From: Bacilli bacterium
GTDB lineage: Bacteria > Bacillota_I > Bacilli_A > RF39 > UBA660
Assembly (NCBI GenBank): GCA_017409785.1
Contig: JAFQSD010000004.1
Coordinates: 48,663-112,662, forward strand
DNA: 64,000 nucleotides
Direction: 5' to 3'
How positions within the stretch are numbered: the first letter of the stretch is position 1; each line of letters begins with the position of its first letter. The notes under the pieces are model-generated. The model did not search any database. It was not told where the DNA came from and was given only the letters and a program-made list of their open reading frames with translations. Shown in pieces: positions 46,424 through 55,660 of this stretch. A program made the position numbers and the translations under genes.

Positions 46424-49354
46424 ATGAACTTTGAAATATTATTAAGTAAATTATTAAGACTGCCACTAAATAAAGCGTTAGATATATATAATGAGTATCT
46501 AAAAAATAATCAAGATAACTTTGCTAATAATTTACGCGCCTCAAACTTACTTATGGAAAAAACACAAACAAGAAAAAGAATTAAAGATGAATGTTTTGAA
46601 ACTGCACTTATGGCTTTGGCTTTCATGTCACAAAAGAAGAACCAATTAGCGGATATGATGCTTGAAGAGACAAAGCCATACCCTATGATTGTTTGGATGG
46701 AAGTAATAGGAGAAATGGATGATGAAGGAATAAAAGGTGTATTAAAAAATTATGCAGATAAATTACCTCCTCCAATAATTGAGACATTAATTTTAAATTT
46801 ATCAGAGTCAAAGCAAGCAGTAGCAATAAATAAGTATAAAAATAGATTGGATTCAAAAAGTGAAATGTTTTATTCATTTTATTTATGTTTATCTAAAGAA
46901 GCACAACAAGAACTTGATAGACTGACTAATAAAGCTGTAAAAGTAAATCCACTACTACAATTGAGTGATCAAGAACCGTCTCAAATAAAAAAAAGCTTAA
47001 TTGTAAATAAAGAATTATATAAAGAGATTCCAATGGATGATATTATTGAAGTTCTTTTATTAAATGTAAATTCATCAGAAGATATTTTTGACATATTAAA
47101 GACTTATGAAGATAGACAAACAGAAATATCTGATATGCGATTTAAATTATTAGTTGGTAGACTAAAAGTATTATTAAATGAAGAAACATATAACCATAGA
47201 TTTGAAAATGCAGAAGAAATATTTAATAAACTAAAATCTCGTTTTAAAAGATTAGGTTTAAAAGACTCACTTGCTATCTTAGATGCCAAAGTAGATGGTT
47301 ATTATTCTTGTGAACATGGTAATGAAATAATTTATGAATTTTTAGATATTGCATATGAAAACGAAAACCTAAGAGACTTTGTAAATGAAAAAACAATCTC
47401 AGCACTGGTTGAAAGATTTGTAAATGATTGCAGAAGTAAAGAATATACAGTTGAAGACTTCCGAAGATTAGTTGAAAAAACTACAACGACTAAGCCTTAT
47501 AAGTTAATAAAAGATGATTATATTGAAGCAATAATTGCCTGTGGTTCATTAATGAAAAACCACATAATATCAGATCAAGATCCTCATTTTTTAGAATTAC
47601 GTAGAAGATTTATTTCTATGCTAAATGATCAAGTAGAAAAAGATGGAACTTTAACAGAAGAAGTTAATTTCAATGGATTATTCTATCGTTTAATAAAAGG
47701 TAGTGTTGATTTTGATAAGGTCTTTAATACTAAAACATATAAAGGCTTAATATATCTAACAAAATCTGGACGAGTATTTAATAATCCAGACTTGATCACA
47801 AAATATTTATCAGACGAGCAAATAAGAAAATTAGATATATCACCAGTTCTACATTTAAAGAAAGAGCTAATTAATGAAGCTAATAGAAAACATAAAGAAG
47901 TAAAGCCTAATAGTGAATTAGATCCTCGCTATGCAGTATCAGATTTTAAAGAAAGAATGATGCTTCAATTACTTTGTTATTTTGGTGAAACTAGAGCAAG
48001 ACATATTATCAAATCAGCTATGAAACCAACTAGAATGGAAAACATTTTTGATAGTCTTAATTACAAAGATATTAAGATTGATGAAAATGGTAAACCAATT
48101 GTAAATCAAGAATTAGTTGATTTCTTATTCGGAAGAGGTAGTGTAGCAGAAAAGAACACAGTTATGAATAGAATAATTCGAGAAGAATTATTAGATTTCG
48201 GAAGATTTGTTCCTGAAATATGTAATAACTACGAAGAGGTAAAAAAAGCTTGTCATGGAATTATAACTGTAAAAAGAGCAATGGCTCATTTTGAAGATAT
48301 AGTTCTTCCTATTGAGTTAAAACCAAATGAACGAGAATTTAAACCGGCATTAAAAGAAATGCGTATTACTAAAGAAGATACTTTAGCCAAGGGAGTTTCC
48401 TTATGTCATGATGCCAAAAAAAGAACATCATCAACTATACCAAAAGTAAAAGGAAAATTAGGAGACTTTACATATGAAATACTAGATGTAAAAGATCCGT
48501 TTGCTTTAGCGGTAGGATACTTATCACATTGTTGTTTTGTTGTTGATGGTATTTCATATTCAGCATTAAAACATTCAATGCAATCTGTAAACGGAAGAAC
48601 ATTTGTTGTTTATCATAAAGGCAAATTTTTAACACAAAGTTGGATGTGGAGAAATGGCGATGTTGTTTGTTTCGACAGTGTTGAATCAGGAAGTAGTATT
48701 CATGGTGCCTACAATGATGATATAAAATTAGTAGATGTCTACAAACATGTCGCGGATGAAATAATGGATATTTCAAAATGTAATGAAACGGATGCAGAAA
48801 GAGTTAAAGTAGTCACAGTAGGGGCATCAGATTATATCTTCAAAGGACTACCACAAGTCGAAGGAAAAGTTCCAAGACCACAAGAAAGAGATGTATATGT
48901 TTACGATTCATCAACGCAAGGAATTCTTGCAGGAGAAATGCCTAAAAAGCCAAATTATGATCCTGTATCAATTAGATACAAAGACCCAAGAAAAAGAGTG
49001 CATAAGTTCTTAAGTATTGAAGAAGCAGATGTTGATGATTTAGATGAAGCATTATTAAAACTACAATCAATTAAATATGAGTCTACTGGTAGTGAAGAAG
49101 TAGAAGATATTACTACAATGAACCAACTATTTGTTGGCCAAGACTGGTATATAAAAACAACAAAAGATGGCACTGTCGAAGTAGAAATATTAGGTGAGGA
49201 AGATGCTTCACTTGAAGAATGTAAACGATATGCTGAACTGTTAGGAATAGAATTTGAAATGGAACACAAAGAATTAAATGATGGTTACCAATTATCAAAA
49301 GACGATGTAGTAAAACAGCTACGAAAGACAAAATTAGAAAGTAGGAGGGGATAA
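46424..49354 (+). CDS. large (976 aa) cytoplasmic protein of unknown function
   Basis: No P-loop or known nuclease motif is visible. The C-terminal third has a Cys/His/Asp-containing segment (..GYLSHCCFVVDG..VVYHKG..RNGDVV..). Strong RBS aaggggga. Confidence 0.5.
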   Translation: MNFEILLSKLLRLPLNKALDIYNEYLKNNQDNFANNLRASNLLMEKTQTRKRIKDECFETALMALAFMSQKKNQLADMMLEETKPYPMIVWMEVIGEMDDEGIKGVLKNYADKLPPPIIETLILNLSESKQAVAINKYKNRLDSKSEMFYSFYLCLSKEAQQELDRLTNKAVKVNPLLQLSDQEPSQIKKSLIVNKELYKEIPMDDIIEVLLLNVNSSEDIFDILKTYEDRQTEISDMRFKLLVGRLKVLLNEETYNHRFENAEEIFNKLKSRFKRLGLKDSLAILDAKVDGYYSCEHGNEIIYEFLDIAYENENLRDFVNEKTISALVERFVNDCRSKEYTVEDFRRLVEKTTTTKPYKLIKDDYIEAIIACGSLMKNHIISDQDPHFLELRRRFISMLNDQVEKDGTLTEEVNFNGLFYRLIKGSVDFDKVFNTKTYKGLIYLTKSGRVFNNPDLITKYLSDEQIRKLDISPVLHLKKELINEANRKHKEVKPNSELDPRYAVSDFKERMMLQLLCYFGETRARHIIKSAMKPTRMENIFDSLNYKDIKIDENGKPIVNQELVDFLFGRGSVAEKNTVMNRIIREELLDFGRFVPEICNNYEEVKKACHGIITVKRAMAHFEDIVLPIELKPNEREFKPALKEMRITKEDTLAKGVSLCHDAKKRTSSTIPKVKGKLGDFTYEILDVKDPFALAVGYLSHCCFVVDGISYSALKHSMQSVNGRTFVVYHKGKFLTQSWMWRNGDVVCFDSVESGSSIHGAYNDDIKLVDVYKHVADEIMDISKCNETDAERVKVVTVGASDYIFKGLPQVEGKVPRPQERDVYVYDSSTQGILAGEMPKKPNYDPVSIRYKDPRKRVHKFLSIEEADVDDLDEALLKLQSIKYESTGSEEVEDITTMNQLFVGQDWYIKTTKDGTVEVEILGEEDASLEECKRYAELLGIEFEMEHKELNDGYQLSKDDVVKQLRKTKLESRRG

Positions 49355-49355
49355 T

Positions 49356-50045
49356 ATGTTAATTGCTGAAAATATAAAACAACATTTAGCAGAAGCAACA
49401 ATATCAGGAAGAAGATATTATGAAGAACATCCTGAATGTCGTATTCATCATGAAGTTGCAGAATTAATCCCTGATGACATAGATGTTGATAATCTAATCA
49501 TTGCTTATAAAATATGTTTAGATAATTATGAAAAACATCAAGGAAACGTTTTACCATTTATTGCAACTATTCCTCAGTATGTTCGTAAAGGTACTACGCA
49601 AGAATTTGCTAAAGAATTTAGAAAAAAATATATTACAGATATTCTTGGACTACCACCACAACCAGAACTAGAAACAGACTATGGCTATGTAGAAACTGAA
49701 CCATATGTAATAGATATTTCTAATAAAAATAAATATGCCGTACTAGCAGCACTATATAACTATTCAACACCTTATGGTATGGGATTTGCTCAATATGATC
49801 CATATGCATGGGATGAAGAAATTGGTAAACTTGCATTTGAAAAATTTGGTGAAGTATTAGCTGACGGTTCTATTTTCTTTGGCTGGGTTCAAGGGCGACT
49901 AATGCGCTGTAAGTTTAAAGATAATTTAGTTTATGTTGAAGCATACAATCGTGAAAACATTGATGGACTAGGTCAATTAGCAGTAAGTTCTGTACCTAAT
50001 CTAAATCAAAAAGAAAAGCCTATTCAAAAAGTAAAAAAAGATTAA
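49356..50045 (+). CDS. hypothetical protein (229 aa)
   Basis: Starts 2 nt after the upstream stop, with RBS aggagggg. Confidence 0.4.
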   Translation: MLIAENIKQHLAEATISGRRYYEEHPECRIHHEVAELIPDDIDVDNLIIAYKICLDNYEKHQGNVLPFIATIPQYVRKGTTQEFAKEFRKKYITDILGLPPQPELETDYGYVETEPYVIDISNKNKYAVLAALYNYSTPYGMGFAQYDPYAWDEEIGKLAFEKFGEVLADGSIFFGWVQGRLMRCKFKDNLVYVEAYNRENIDGLGQLAVSSVPNLNQKEKPIQKVKKD

Positions 50046-50075
50046 TAATATGATATACTAAAAATGGTGAATAAA

Positions 50076-50702
50076 ATGATTAATCAAGACATCAAAAAAT
50101 ATATAGAAAAAAATATCTATCCAGAATATCAAAAAAATGATAGTGGTCATAACATAGACCACATTAAATATGTTTTAGAAAGAAGTTTAAAGTTTGCTAA
50201 AACAGTTCCAGATATTAATCTAGACATGGTATATGTAATTGCAGCATTTCATGATATTGGTCATCATATAGATGCTAAAAACCATGAACAAGTATCTTCA
50301 GAAATACTGGAAAAAGATGAATTCATCAAAGATTATTTTACAAAAGATGAACTTAAAACAATGGTAGAAGCAGTAGTTGATCACAGAGCTAGTTTAGAGT
50401 ATATTCCACGTTCAATTTATGGAAAAATAGTCTCATCAGCAGATAGAAATACTGATATAGATATTCCTCTAAAACGTACATATTCTTATCGTTTAGAGCA
50501 TTTTCCAAATGCTACATTAGATGAAATCATTGAAGAATCACGTCAACATATTATTGATAAGTTTGGTTCAAATGGCTATGCCAAAGATAAAATATATTTT
50601 GAGGATGAAGATTATAATAATTTCTTAAAAGAAGTAGAATTATTCGCAGAAGATAAAGAACTTTTTAGAAAAAGATTTATTGAAGTAAATAATATTAAAT
50701 AA
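50076..50702 (+). CDS. HD-domain phosphohydrolase (YpgQ/YedJ-like small HD protein)
   Basis: H..H...AAFHDIGH...DHR...SSADR motif spacing of the HD superfamily; start taken at the second ATG. Confidence 0.6.
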   Translation: MINQDIKKYIEKNIYPEYQKNDSGHNIDHIKYVLERSLKFAKTVPDINLDMVYVIAAFHDIGHHIDAKNHEQVSSEILEKDEFIKDYFTKDELKTMVEAVVDHRASLEYIPRSIYGKIVSSADRNTDIDIPLKRTYSYRLEHFPNATLDEIIEESRQHIIDKFGSNGYAKDKIYFEDEDYNNFLKEVELFAEDKELFRKRFIEVNNIK

Positions 50703-50718
50703 CAAAGTAGGTGATACA

Positions 50719-51318
50719 ATGTCCAAAATAAGTAATGTCCTAACTTTTATGCAATACTTAAGTACAGGTAAAAAATATAGTATTCAAGAATTATCTGAAA
50801 AATTAGAAGTATCACCACGTATGATTAGAGTCTATAAAGAAGAACTAGAAAAAGCAGGAATTTATGTAGATACAATAATGGGTCCATATGGAGGATATGT
50901 CTTAAATCAATCTATTAGAATGCCTGTTAGAAAATTTAAAAAGAAAGATTATGAACTACTAGAAAAATATATCAGTGAAGAAAAAGATTTAGATAGAAAA
51001 GAAAAATTAATTCTATTAAAAGATAAGATTCAAGGAGTATATGCAGGTAGTAAACAAGAAGCACGTGAGTTAAATCTAAAAGATGAAACTCAAAGTAAAT
51101 ATAATTTACTAACACGTGCCATCAAAGAAAGAAAAAAAGTAAAAATATTATATTATTCTTATAATAAAGGAGAAAATGAAAGAGTCATATGTCCAGCAGA
51201 AATGTTTTTATTTCAAGATGGTTGGTATGTCGCAGCATTCTGTCTTGTAAAGAATGATATCCGTCATTTTGAATTAAAAAGAATAATAAAATATGAATTA
51301 TTAAATGAAACTTTTTAA
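50719..51318 (+). CDS. HTH-WYL domain transcriptional regulator
   Basis: N-terminal HTH (YSIQELSEKLEVSPRMIRVYKEELEKAGI) and C-terminal WYL core (FQDGWYVAAFCLVKNDIRHFELKRI). Confidence 0.6.
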   Translation: MSKISNVLTFMQYLSTGKKYSIQELSEKLEVSPRMIRVYKEELEKAGIYVDTIMGPYGGYVLNQSIRMPVRKFKKKDYELLEKYISEEKDLDRKEKLILLKDKIQGVYAGSKQEARELNLKDETQSKYNLLTRAIKERKKVKILYYSYNKGENERVICPAEMFLFQDGWYVAAFCLVKNDIRHFELKRIIKYELLNETF

Positions 51319-51332
51319 GTAGACTAAATACT

Positions 51333-51376
51333 TCCTACTCAAGTGCTACTATGTACTTGAAAGGAAGTGTTTTTTT
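51333..51376 (+). terminator. compound hairpin terminator
   Basis: acttcc...caagtgctactatgtacttg...ggaagt followed by a T7 run. Confidence 0.45.
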
Positions 51377-52300
51377 ATGAAACCAAACATGCATGATAAT
51401 TTTAAATTACTTGAAGAAAGAGTATTAGACTCTTTAGAAAAAACAGACTTAGAAAGGATTAAATATCATCTAGAAAGAATAAAAACACCAACGATAACAA
51501 CAGGAGTAGGTGGTTCAAGTGTAGCAAGTAATTTTGCAGCTAAAGTACTAAGTACCAAGAATGGTATAATAGCAGAACACCAAGAACCACGTGATATGTT
51601 ATATAAGCCACTACAAGGATATGACAATGTATTAGCTTGTAGTTATGGTGGAAGAAACTATGGAGTAAAAACATCATTTGCCAATGATTTAAATAAGTAC
51701 TTACTATCAAGAAATATATCTGATAATGAAGGAGTAAATAATTTAACTTATGATGCTTCTTTACCGGATGAAGATAGTTTTATCTCATTAGCCGCAACAC
51801 TTATGCCAATGAGTGTAATGCTAGCATATTATAATGATAATGATATTTCAGTAATAAAAGAAATTTTAGAAACAGCAAGAAAATATAATGTTAATATAGA
51901 TAAAGTATATGAAATATTAACTGGCTATGACACATCAACTGCATCAATCTATTTAGATTCAACTTTGGCTGAAGCGGGATTAGCATCACCTGTGGTTCAT
52001 GATAAATATTCAATGTGTCATGGTAGAACAACTCTCTCATACCATCATGACCACTCCTTAATTCATCTAGATAGAGGTACCGAATTAGATAAACTATATA
52101 AAGAGGAACTACCACAATATTACAACGGAGTAATAACTCTTGAGGGTAAGTTTGATGATCCAATAGTGGATGACTTTTATCTAACATATCAAGCAATGCT
52201 TTTATCAAAAGCAATGGCAGAATCTAAGGGTAGAGACCTATCTAGAATGGCATATTCCCCAGCAGTAAAAAAACTATATCGCTATAGTGGCGAAATGTAG
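51377..52300 (+). CDS. SIS-domain-like protein, putative
   Basis: TGVGGSSVASNFAAKVLS resembles the SIS phosphosugar-binding loop (compare GmhA GNGGSAADAQHFAAE). The assignment is weak. Confidence 0.3.
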   Translation: MKPNMHDNFKLLEERVLDSLEKTDLERIKYHLERIKTPTITTGVGGSSVASNFAAKVLSTKNGIIAEHQEPRDMLYKPLQGYDNVLACSYGGRNYGVKTSFANDLNKYLLSRNISDNEGVNNLTYDASLPDEDSFISLAATLMPMSVMLAYYNDNDISVIKEILETARKYNVNIDKVYEILTGYDTSTASIYLDSTLAEAGLASPVVHDKYSMCHGRTTLSYHHDHSLIHLDRGTELDKLYKEELPQYYNGVITLEGKFDDPIVDDFYLTYQAMLLSKAMAESKGRDLSRMAYSPAVKKLYRYSGEM

Positions 52301-52305
52301 TAAAA

Positions 52306-52334
52306 TTGACAATTATACTAAACTATGTTATAAT
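52306..52334 (+). promoter_or_regulatory. consensus sigma-A promoter TTGACA-17-TGtTATAAT
   Basis: Seen directly at 52306-52311 and 52329-52334. Confidence 0.6.
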
Positions 52335-52402
52335 CTAGCCGTAGTAAATCAATTCGACCATTCGCGTTTTACTACCAGACAAACCTAGAGTTTGAAGGAA
52401 TA

Positions 52403-52447
52403 ATGAAGAGCCTTAAGAATCTCCTCATGAATGGCAAAAAACCGTAA
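52403..52447 (+). CDS. candidate leader peptide MKSLKNLLMNGKKP
   Basis: RBS aagga 4 nt upstream; 14 codons; contains the anti-SD-like ctcctc and is followed by hairpin agcaaaa/ttttgct. Confidence 0.3.
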   Translation: MKSLKNLLMNGKKP

Positions 52448-52534
52448 GCAAAATTATGGTTGTTTTTGCTAATTCATGAAAGGAGGTTCTTTTTTTGATA
52501 CAACCAGACAATTATATAAAAAGGAGAGAAGTAT

Positions 52535-54220
52535 ATGAAGTTATTTAAAGAAGTAATAAAAAACAATTTAAAATTAATGATAGTTTATTTTATACTTGGA
52601 ATAACATTTACATTCTTGGGGCTATATGCCACAAATTATTTTCAAGTAATAATTGACTCATTTGGAACAAATGAAATAACACTAGGAATGATAATATTTT
52701 ATGGAATAGTTTTATTAATAAATGCCATCATTGGATACATTGACAACTATCCAGACAGAGTTTTATTTAACAAACTTTATTTAGAATTCAAAAAGCAATC
52801 TATGAAAAAACTAAAGACAATAGATTATCAAGAATATCAAAAAATAGGAACAGGGAGATTATCACAACAAGTAGAAGAGGGTGCAACAGCAGCAAGAGAT
52901 GCAATCTATTTCTTCTGGTTAAAGTTACTAAGGGAACTTTTACCAGGGGCTATTATAAGTTTATTCTTCATAGGTAGAATTGAGTTCAAAGTGTTATTAA
53001 TAGTTTTAATTGGATACATATTTGTAATCATCCTAACAAACATTGTTCTAAAGGTTCTATACAATTTAAAAGAAAAAATAAACATCAATCAAGAGTTATT
53101 AAATAAACATTTAATTCGTGGTTTCATGGAATTAGTAGTTTTTAGAACTAACAAAAAGTATGATGTTGAATTAGAAAAAATAGATCTAGAAATAACTGAC
53201 ATTACTAAAGGAAAAACTAAAATAAAATTAGTTCATGAAATATTTTTCACAGCTTTTGAAATTCTAGTTACAATAATCAAAATAATAATGTTAGTATATG
53301 CAGTTATTTCAAAAAATCTGACAATAGGTGAAATAGTAGTTTTAATAACTCTATTAGGCAAAGCCTATGAACCAATTGCAATATTCAATGTTGAATACAT
53401 AGACTACAAATTAAACATAGTATCATTAAAACGCTATTTAGAATTCTTAGATTTACCAGATGTTTCAAATATGTATGAAGGAAAAACATTAAAAAATATT
53501 TCTGGTAATGTAGTCTTAAATGATGTAACATTTGCCTACAAAGAAAAACAAGTGCTAGAAAATATTAATCTTGAAATAAAAGAAAATTCAACTGTCGCAT
53601 TTGTTGGTGAAACAGGAAGTGGAAAGTCAACAATCATAAAATTAATTGCTGGACTAATAAAACCTCAATCAGGAAATGTATTAATAGATAATAAAGATCT
53701 AACTAAAATAAAATTAGATTCATACTATGATTACTTATCTTATTTATCACAAGATTCACCTATCTTTGACGGAACGCTAAAAGAAAACATTGTTTTTGAC
53801 AAAAATGTATCAGATGAGAAAATAATAGAAGTATTAAAACTTGTTGAATTAGAAAAGTTTTATTCAAAATTAAAAAATGGTTTAGAGACTGAACTAGGAG
53901 AAAAAGGAATCTTAATTTCTGGAGGAGAACGTCAAAGAATAGCTCTTGCGAGACTTTTCTTTGATGATTCAAAAATAATAATTTTAGATGAAGCAACATC
54001 AGCAATGGACAACATAACAGAAGAAAAAGTAATGAATTCAATCATGAAAAAACTAGAAAATAAAACTTTCATCATAATTGCTCATCGACTAAACACAATA
54101 AGGAATGTAGATAAAATCTTTGTTCTAAGAAATGGCTCAATAACTGACACAGGGACATACAAATCATTACAAAAAAATAGTGAATATTTCGAAGAACTAT
54201 CATTGAAAAAAGTAAACTAA
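52535..54220 (+). CDS. ABC exporter, fused permease-ATPase (type I exporter family)
   Basis: 6-TM N-domain, Walker A GETGSGKST, signature LSGGERQRIALAR, Walker B IIILDEATS; 561 aa. Confidence 0.85.
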   Translation: MKLFKEVIKNNLKLMIVYFILGITFTFLGLYATNYFQVIIDSFGTNEITLGMIIFYGIVLLINAIIGYIDNYPDRVLFNKLYLEFKKQSMKKLKTIDYQEYQKIGTGRLSQQVEEGATAARDAIYFFWLKLLRELLPGAIISLFFIGRIEFKVLLIVLIGYIFVIILTNIVLKVLYNLKEKININQELLNKHLIRGFMELVVFRTNKKYDVELEKIDLEITDITKGKTKIKLVHEIFFTAFEILVTIIKIIMLVYAVISKNLTIGEIVVLITLLGKAYEPIAIFNVEYIDYKLNIVSLKRYLEFLDLPDVSNMYEGKTLKNISGNVVLNDVTFAYKEKQVLENINLEIKENSTVAFVGETGSGKSTIIKLIAGLIKPQSGNVLIDNKDLTKIKLDSYYDYLSYLSQDSPIFDGTLKENIVFDKNVSDEKIIEVLKLVELEKFYSKLKNGLETELGEKGILISGGERQRIALARLFFDDSKIIILDEATSAMDNITEEKVMNSIMKKLENKTFIIIAHRLNTIRNVDKIFVLRNGSITDTGTYKSLQKNSEYFEELSLKKVN

Positions 54221-54309
54221 TATGTTACTATTAAATTGCAAGGAAACTTGTACAAAAAAAGGATACATTTGAGTGCCTCAAACGTATTCCTTTCTTGGAA
54301 CATAAGGAT

Positions 54310-54343
54310 GAGTCTAACTTATGTTAGACTCTGTTTTTATTTT
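54310..54343 (+). terminator. rho-independent terminator
   Basis: gagtctaac ttat gttagactc followed by tgtttttatttt. Confidence 0.7.
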
Positions 54344-54382
54344 AGAAGTAATAATATCACAACTAATAATAGAAGGAGTATT

Positions 54383-54463
54383 ATGGAGTATAAAGAACAT
54401 TCTCTTTTACTCATAATAATCACCTCCTTTCTTGAATTTCTCCAAGAAAGAAAACATTCCTAA
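54383..54463 (+). CDS. candidate 26-aa hydrophobic small protein MEYKEHSLLLIIITSFLEFLQERKHS
   Basis: RBS gaaggag 4-5 nt upstream; located after a terminator and before a weak hairpin plus T-run. Confidence 0.25.
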   Translation: MEYKEHSLLLIIITSFLEFLQERKHS

Positions 54464-54680
54464 ATGTATCCGAAAACGTATGTTATCAACCTCAAAATGA
54501 AATGACAAACTGCCAAATATTAAAATTAAGAGAATTATGAATATAGAAAAATCAGTCATATTAGGCTGATTTTTTCTTTCTATAAAAAAACTATCTTTAA
54601 ATAACTAAAATATTAATAAACTAATATTCTAAAATAAACAATTATGATATAATGTAGTCTACTAAGAAAGAGGTGTTCAT

Positions 54681-55625
54681 ATGAAAGTGTTATTATTCAC
54701 TCACAAAAATGATATTGATGGTATGGGAAATGCCATATTAGCTCAACTTGCTTTTGATGAAGTTAATTATGTTTTATGCGGAACATTTGACTTAACAGAT
54801 TTAGTTGAAAAATACTATAAAGATGGAAGTATTTATGATTACGATCGAGTATATGTTACAGATTTATGTTTACAAGATCCAATTCTTTCAAAGATAGCTC
54901 AAGATGAAAAAATATCTAAAAAAATTCAAGTATTTGATCATCACAAAACGTTTGCAGAACCAAAGTATACAAATCATCCATTCATAACAGTGCAATTAGA
55001 AAATGAAAAAGGTCTATGTTGTGGAACAAGTATTTTCTATAATCACTTATTACAAGAAGGACTACTTGCCTCAGACAACCAAGCAATTGCCGAATTTGTT
55101 GAATTAACAAGACAACATGATACATGGGAATGGAGAAATATATATAATAATGAAAAGTCTCGTGAATTATCAATTCTATTTGATGCTCTAGGTTGTGATG
55201 GCTATATTTCATTAATGACTGAAAAATTAAGAAATAAAGAAACAAAAGTTTTTGATTATGATTCTATGGAAAGAACTTTAATTGATAATCGTAAACAGCA
55301 AATAGCTGAGAAATGTAAATTCTATGCAGATAGAATTCATTATAGAGAAATATTAGGAATGAAAGCAGGAATTGTTTTTATAACATATGAATACCGAAAT
55401 GAACTTGCTGAATATTTTAGAGAAAATAAATTTGATATGGACTTTACAATGATGATTGCTTTTGATCCAGGTGTAGTAGCATATAGAAGTGTTAAAGAAG
55501 GAGTACATGTTAGACCAGTAGCTGAACTATTTGGTGGTAAAGGTCATGAAAAAGCAGCTACTAATCCAATAACTGATGAAATGTTAACTGAAATATTAAA
55601 AATATTAACAGAAGAAAAGAAATAA
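54681..55625 (+). CDS. DHH/DHHA1-family phosphoesterase (NrnA-like)
   Basis: DHH motif (QVFDHHKT) and DHHA1 GGKGHEKAA near the C-terminus; 314 aa. Confidence 0.65.
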   Translation: MKVLLFTHKNDIDGMGNAILAQLAFDEVNYVLCGTFDLTDLVEKYYKDGSIYDYDRVYVTDLCLQDPILSKIAQDEKISKKIQVFDHHKTFAEPKYTNHPFITVQLENEKGLCCGTSIFYNHLLQEGLLASDNQAIAEFVELTRQHDTWEWRNIYNNEKSRELSILFDALGCDGYISLMTEKLRNKETKVFDYDSMERTLIDNRKQQIAEKCKFYADRIHYREILGMKAGIVFITYEYRNELAEYFRENKFDMDFTMMIAFDPGVVAYRSVKEGVHVRPVAELFGGKGHEKAATNPITDEMLTEILKILTEEKK

Positions 55626-55660
55626 TAGTGTGATATAATAAAAAAGAATAGAGGTGACTT

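Noticed and set aside
54236-54463. 75-aa ORF in the intergenic region after the ABC exporter
   Set aside because: It reads straight through the exporter's terminator hairpin and has no RBS. Only its last 26 codons (from 54383) have an RBS, and those are reported separately.
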